Below are positions 17,036 through 20,000 of a stretch of 20,000 nt of DNA, one piece after another. Origin of the DNA: Candidatus Eiseniibacteriota bacterium (GTDB lineage: Bacteria; Orphanbacterota; Orphanbacteria; Orphanbacterales; Orphanbacteraceae); NCBI GenBank assembly GCA_043809585.1, contig JBDROZ010000084.1, forward strand, positions 60,743 to 80,742. Reading direction: 5' to 3'. The notes beneath the pieces are model-generated. The model worked only from the letters and a program-made list of their open reading frames with translations. It made no database searches and was not told the origin of the DNA. Each line of letters starts with the position of its first letter. Position 1 is the first letter of the stretch. A program made the translations under genes and the position numbers.

Positions 17036-17529
17036 GGGGATCCGGGGACGCCATGCCGATTTCCCGAAGCGCCCGCTTTCTCGGACTCCTCCTCCGCACA
17101 GGGGGATGTTCGTGGTGCCCGTCCGTAGGGCTACGGACGATTCCGAAGCTCTCCCATGACGTCCTCCTTCCCGCTGCGGCGGGAGTTGGGGCTTCTACGA
17201 CAGCCCCATCATTAGGAGGGTCCCGATCCTTGGGGGAAGGGGACGTGTCCCGAGATCGCGGAGGCGGAGCAATCGCTAAACATTGTTCTAGAAGCGGTTT
17301 CGTTCAACGAACCCTCCCGCAAAAGGTCGAAAGGACGACGACGGGAGCGTGTGAGCGGCGGAACACACAGCGTGCCTTCCAGCCGTGGCAAGAGCAACGA
17401 GCGGTCACCGGCGAGAAGCGGCCCGTCTCGCGGGTGTCTCGAATCTCCGGCGAGACGGAGAGATGGGTAATGTCTGGCAGGACAATGCAGAAGGGGTTTT
17501 TGGAAGGGACTGAGGCCGCCCTTTCTTTC

Positions 17530-17558
17530 TTGAAAATCTCCGCCGAGTATGATAGGCT
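17530..17558 (+). promoter_or_regulatory. Sigma70-type promoter of the third WGxIK-tail gene
   Basis: TTGAAA (17530-17535), 17 bp, TAGGCT (17553-17558) with extended TG-n. Confidence 0.6.
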
Positions 17559-17689
17559 ATCTCACGCGTAGAGATATCGATCATCCAGTGGTCGGTTCGA
17601 GCCGATTCCGATCCGGCGGGATCCGGATCGGCCCGTACTCCATCGATAGGTGTCCACAAGCCTCTCAGAATGATTAGAAGGAGGTGGCT

Positions 17690-18190
17690 ATGACAAGATT
17701 GCTCATGACTCTGGCCGTGTTGGCGTTGGTCGCCATGCCGGTCTTCGCCCAGAACCCGGATCCGGGTGTCCAGGTCGTCGATTGCTTCGAGGACCCGGTC
17801 GGCTCGGGCAACTGGACGTACTGGTTTTACACTTGCAGCGGTGACTTCTCGGCGAACGACCTGCATCTGGAACTCACCCAGGCGGAGATCGACGAGGGAA
17901 CCGTGATCATCGGCTGCAGCGTTCCCGACCTTCCTGGTTTTGTGTGCGATTTCAACGCGACGTCGGCATCGTGGGACTTCCCACTCGTCGGCCCGTTCGG
18001 GTGCGTTCCCGGAGTGTCCGGCCAGTATCTCGACATCGTGATCTCCACCGGCGACGGCAGCACGATCGTAACGGAGACGTGGACGTTGGACGGTGCGCCG
18101 GTCGGGTCGTTCACGACCCTTGTCGCCTGCCCCCCGCCGACTTCTACCGAGACCGAGGCTTGGGGTACGATCAAGGCTCTGTTCCGCTAG
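17690..18190 (+). CDS. Secreted Cys-containing acidic protein with C-terminal WGxIK tail (166 aa; start re-called at ATG 17690)
   Basis: AAGGAGGT RBS 4 nt before ATG. Signal peptide MTRLLMTLAVLALVAMPVFA. Six Cys in the mature part. Ends PPPTSTETEAWGTIKALFR*. Confidence 0.88.
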   Translation: MTRLLMTLAVLALVAMPVFAQNPDPGVQVVDCFEDPVGSGNWTYWFYTCSGDFSANDLHLELTQAEIDEGTVIIGCSVPDLPGFVCDFNATSASWDFPLVGPFGCVPGVSGQYLDIVISTGDGSTIVTETWTLDGAPVGSFTTLVACPPPTSTETEAWGTIKALFR

Positions 18191-18195
18191 ACCGA

Positions 18196-18263
18196 AACCG
18201 GCCGGCGCTTCCGGCCCGGTTCGACAGAACGATGAAGCCCCGTTCCTGAGGGAGCGGGGCTTC
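18196..18263 (+). terminator. Two GC-rich hairpins after the 17690 gene (terminator or 3'-stabilising stems)
   Basis: AACCGGCCGG/CCGGCCCGGTT (18196-18221, one bulge) and GAAGCCCCGTTCC-TGAG-GGAGCGGGGCTTC (18234-18263, 13 bp with one G-U). No long U tract. Confidence 0.5.
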
Positions 18264-18529
18264 CCCTTGTCCAGCACGAATCACCATCCCCGTCGTCATC
18301 GGATGTCCGGCTGAAGATCGCCAATCCGTGCCCCTCCCAGCCCCCCCATCCACCACCCGGCCCGGCCTCCGCCCTCCCCCCGCCCGCCTCGGGGCCGAGT
18401 TGACCTTCCGCGAAAACGCCGGGCGACCATTACCATGGAGAAAGGCGGCGAATGCAGGGCGGTTTTCGGCATCTCCTGCATCCGGGGCTCCACAGCTTGG
18501 GTCCGTCTTGAACCCTGCACCTGTGATTG

Positions 18530-18558
18530 TTGTCTCACGGGTTCGGAAGACGTACACT
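18530..18558 (+). promoter_or_regulatory. Sigma70-type promoter of the small basic ORF
   Basis: TTGTCT (18530-18535), 17 bp, TACACT (18553-18558). Confidence 0.55.
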
Positions 18559-18618
18559 GCTGGCGTGGCGGCGCCATTCCGCCGGGAAGACCAAGGATAA
18601 CGGCCAAGGAGGCGTGCT

Positions 18619-18741
18619 GTGGGAGACAAGGGCAAGAGGGACAAGGAAAAGGGTCAGAAGCAGAAGGTGAACAAACAGGCGAAGGAAACGAAAAGAAAGC
18701 TGGAGAAACGGCCGACAAGGACCGCGTTACAGAAGGGATGA
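18619..18741 (+). CDS. Small Lys-rich basic protein, 40 aa (not in ORF track)
   Basis: AAGGAGG RBS, 6 nt, GTG. Translation MGDKGKRDKEKGQKQKVNKQAKETKRKLEKRPTRTALQKG*. Has its own promoter. The stretch is strikingly purine-rich and confined to the ORF. Confidence 0.72.
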   Translation: MGDKGKRDKEKGQKQKVNKQAKETKRKLEKRPTRTALQKG

Positions 18742-18840
18742 CGAGGGGTCCCTTGTCCTTTCCATGAGAATGCCGAATCTATCACGACCGACGTGGTGGC
18801 CCTTCCTCCGCCCCTCCCCCCCTGAGGCAGGACTGGAGTC

Positions 18841-18897
18841 TTCCGAGCCGGAGGCCTGCCTGAGTAGGACCGAAGGTCCGTATCGAAGGGCTCGGGA
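18841..18897. repeat. REP-like extragenic palindrome (CCTGAG...TCGAAGG type)
   Basis: Outer arms TTCCGAGCC/GGCTCGGGA enclose CCTGAGTA-GGACC-GAA-GGTCC-GTATCGAAGG, between convergent gene ends. Single copy in the window, so repeat status is inferred. Confidence 0.45.
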
Positions 18898-18948
18898 GGC
18901 GTCCGTAACCCTCTCATTCCAAAGTCACCGACAAGTCAAGGGGACGAT

Positions 18949-20000
18949 CTACATCGCATCTCCCGTCACGCTCTGCACCTCCGCCTCGGGAAGGTCGAGG
19001 TCCCGAAGCTGTTCGAGGACGACGTCCTTGTCGCCGACGAGAACGAGAAGGCCCCGATCGAGGGCCACGGTCTTCGCCGCGAGGGCGTTCAGATCCGCTT
19101 CGGTCATGCGGGCCATGGCGCCGAGGTCCTCGCCGATGGCGGCGAAGGGGCGGCCGAGGAACTCGAACTGCATCGCCGTCCCGACGAGGCCGCCGAGCCC
19201 CTGGAACGCCTGGACGGTGTCCATCCGGTTCGTCTCCCGGGTCTTTCGCGCTTCCTCGGGCGTGATGTCGCCGCTCCGGATCTTCCCGAACTCCTTCAGG
19301 AACTCGCCGAGGGCCGCGCCGGTCACCTCGGCCTGCACGTCGGAGAAGGCGAGCTGGTAACCGGTGGACGGGTTCATCATGCACCGCGATCCCGCGCCGT
19401 AGGTGAACCCGTTCTTCTCGCGCAGGTTCGCGTTCAGCCGGCTCGTGAAGGAACCGCCGAGAACGGTGTTCACCAGTTCGTAGCCGACCCGGTCCGGGTC
19501 GTTGCCGAGAGGCCCGGGCATGAAGAAGCGGATCACCGTCTGCACCGCGTCTTCCTTGTCGACCACCACCACCCGGAGATGATCGGTGGCGGGCGCCTTC
19601 ACGCCGACCGGCGGGGCGGGCGTGAAACCGGCCGGGTTCTTCCATCCGCCGAGCGCGTTCTCGAGGATTCCCTTCGCCTCCGCCGCGGTCAGGTTGCCGG
19701 CGATGAAGATCGTCGCGTTCCCCGGCGCGAAATGGCGGGCCCACGCGTTTTTCAAGTTTTCGAGTGTGAGGGCCTCCACGGATGCGGTCGTCCCCTCCCC
19801 CGGCGAACCGTACGGATGATCGTCGCCGAAGAAGGCGCGCATGCCGACGCGCATGGCCACCGAGCGGGGCCGGTCCTCCATCTGCCGGAGACCCTCGAGG
19901 TGAAGCGCCTTCACCCGCTCCCACTCCGCCGGGTCGAACCGGGGGCGGAGAAGGGCGTCGGCGCAGAGCCCGAGAGAGGCACCGAAATTCCGGCCGAGCG
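18949..20000 (-). CDS. C-terminal part of an M16 (pitrilysin/insulinase, PqqL-like) family protein; 5' end outside the window
   Basis: Frame is open to the window edge (…LGLCADALLRPRFDPAEWERV…). Motifs FGDDHPYG, F-x-P-x-NA-x-I-x-x-AGN, VVVDK-x-x-x-x-QT, LGGSFTSRLN-x-NLREK-x-GFTYG. No HxxEH visible in the part present. Confidence 0.88.
   Translation of the reverse strand, partial: LGRNFGASLGLCADALLRPRFDPAEWERVKALHLEGLRQMEDRPRSVAMRVGMRAFFGDDHPYGSPGEGTTASVEALTLENLKNAWARHFAPGNATIFIAGNLTAAEAKGILENALGGWKNPAGFTPAPPVGVKAPATDHLRVVVVDKEDAVQTVIRFFMPGPLGNDPDRVGYELVNTVLGGSFTSRLNANLREKNGFTYGAGSRCMMNPSTGYQLAFSDVQAEVTGAALGEFLKEFGKIRSGDITPEEARKTRETNRMDTVQAFQGLGGLVGTAMQFEFLGRPFAAIGEDLGAMARMTEADLNALAAKTVALDRGLLVLVGDKDVVLEQLRDLDLPEAEVQSVTGDAM

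Noticed and set aside
17163-17219. Twister, hammerhead or fluoride-riboswitch resemblance (CTAATGA, AAGCCCC)
   Set aside because: Required core nucleotides and pseudoknot pairings could not be found; kept only as an unassigned structure.
17314-17347. GCAAA-AGGTC-GAAA-GGAC-GACG resembling part of a c-di-GMP-I riboswitch
   Set aside because: The stem is only 3 bp, the downstream GCAAAGC/P3 element is missing, and it lies upstream of the predicted promoter.
17475-17489. TGGCAGGACAATGCA as a sigma54 promoter
   Set aside because: GG-to-GC spacing is 9 nt rather than the required 10.
16513-17571. 352-aa plus-strand ORF and other intergenic ORFs (12600..12794, 12944..13129, 18435..18767)
   Set aside because: No RBS or motif support, atypical codon usage, and overlap with better-supported genes or promoters.
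1-20000. CRISPR arrays, tRNA/rRNA genes, transposases, integrases, defence or phage genes
   Set aside because: None recognisable by eye in the window.

Overview
High-GC bacterial window. Gene content (a C25 peptidase with a FlgD-Ig/T9SS-like C-terminal domain, and secreted proteins ending in WGxIKxxF(R/Q)) suggests an FCB-related candidate lineage such as Eisenbacteria/Krumholzibacteria; this is inference only. It holds about 13 real CDS: four peptidases (C25, M14, S9, partial M16), a POT-type MFS peptide transporter, a PNGase F-like protein, an alkaline-phosphatase/NPP-superfamily gene coupled to a lysyl-PG-synthase-TM-type membrane protein, three secreted proteins, and two small proteins (one, 40 aa and Lys-rich, is absent from the ORF track), plus a partial gene at the left edge. 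Non-coding features include a 167-bp MITE-like element with 25-bp terminal inverted repeats, a REP-like hairpin, an IHF-consensus site and several clear sigma70-type promoters. The most interesting signal is a shared C-terminal tail, (T/V)STE-x3-WG(S/T)IK-x-(L/M)F(R/Q)-COOH, on three signal-peptide proteins from two apparently unrelated families. It behaves like a protein-sorting signal (analogous to PEP-CTERM or the T9SS CTD) whose processing machinery I cannot identify. The many long antisense and alternate-frame ORFs in the track are GC-rich shadows.
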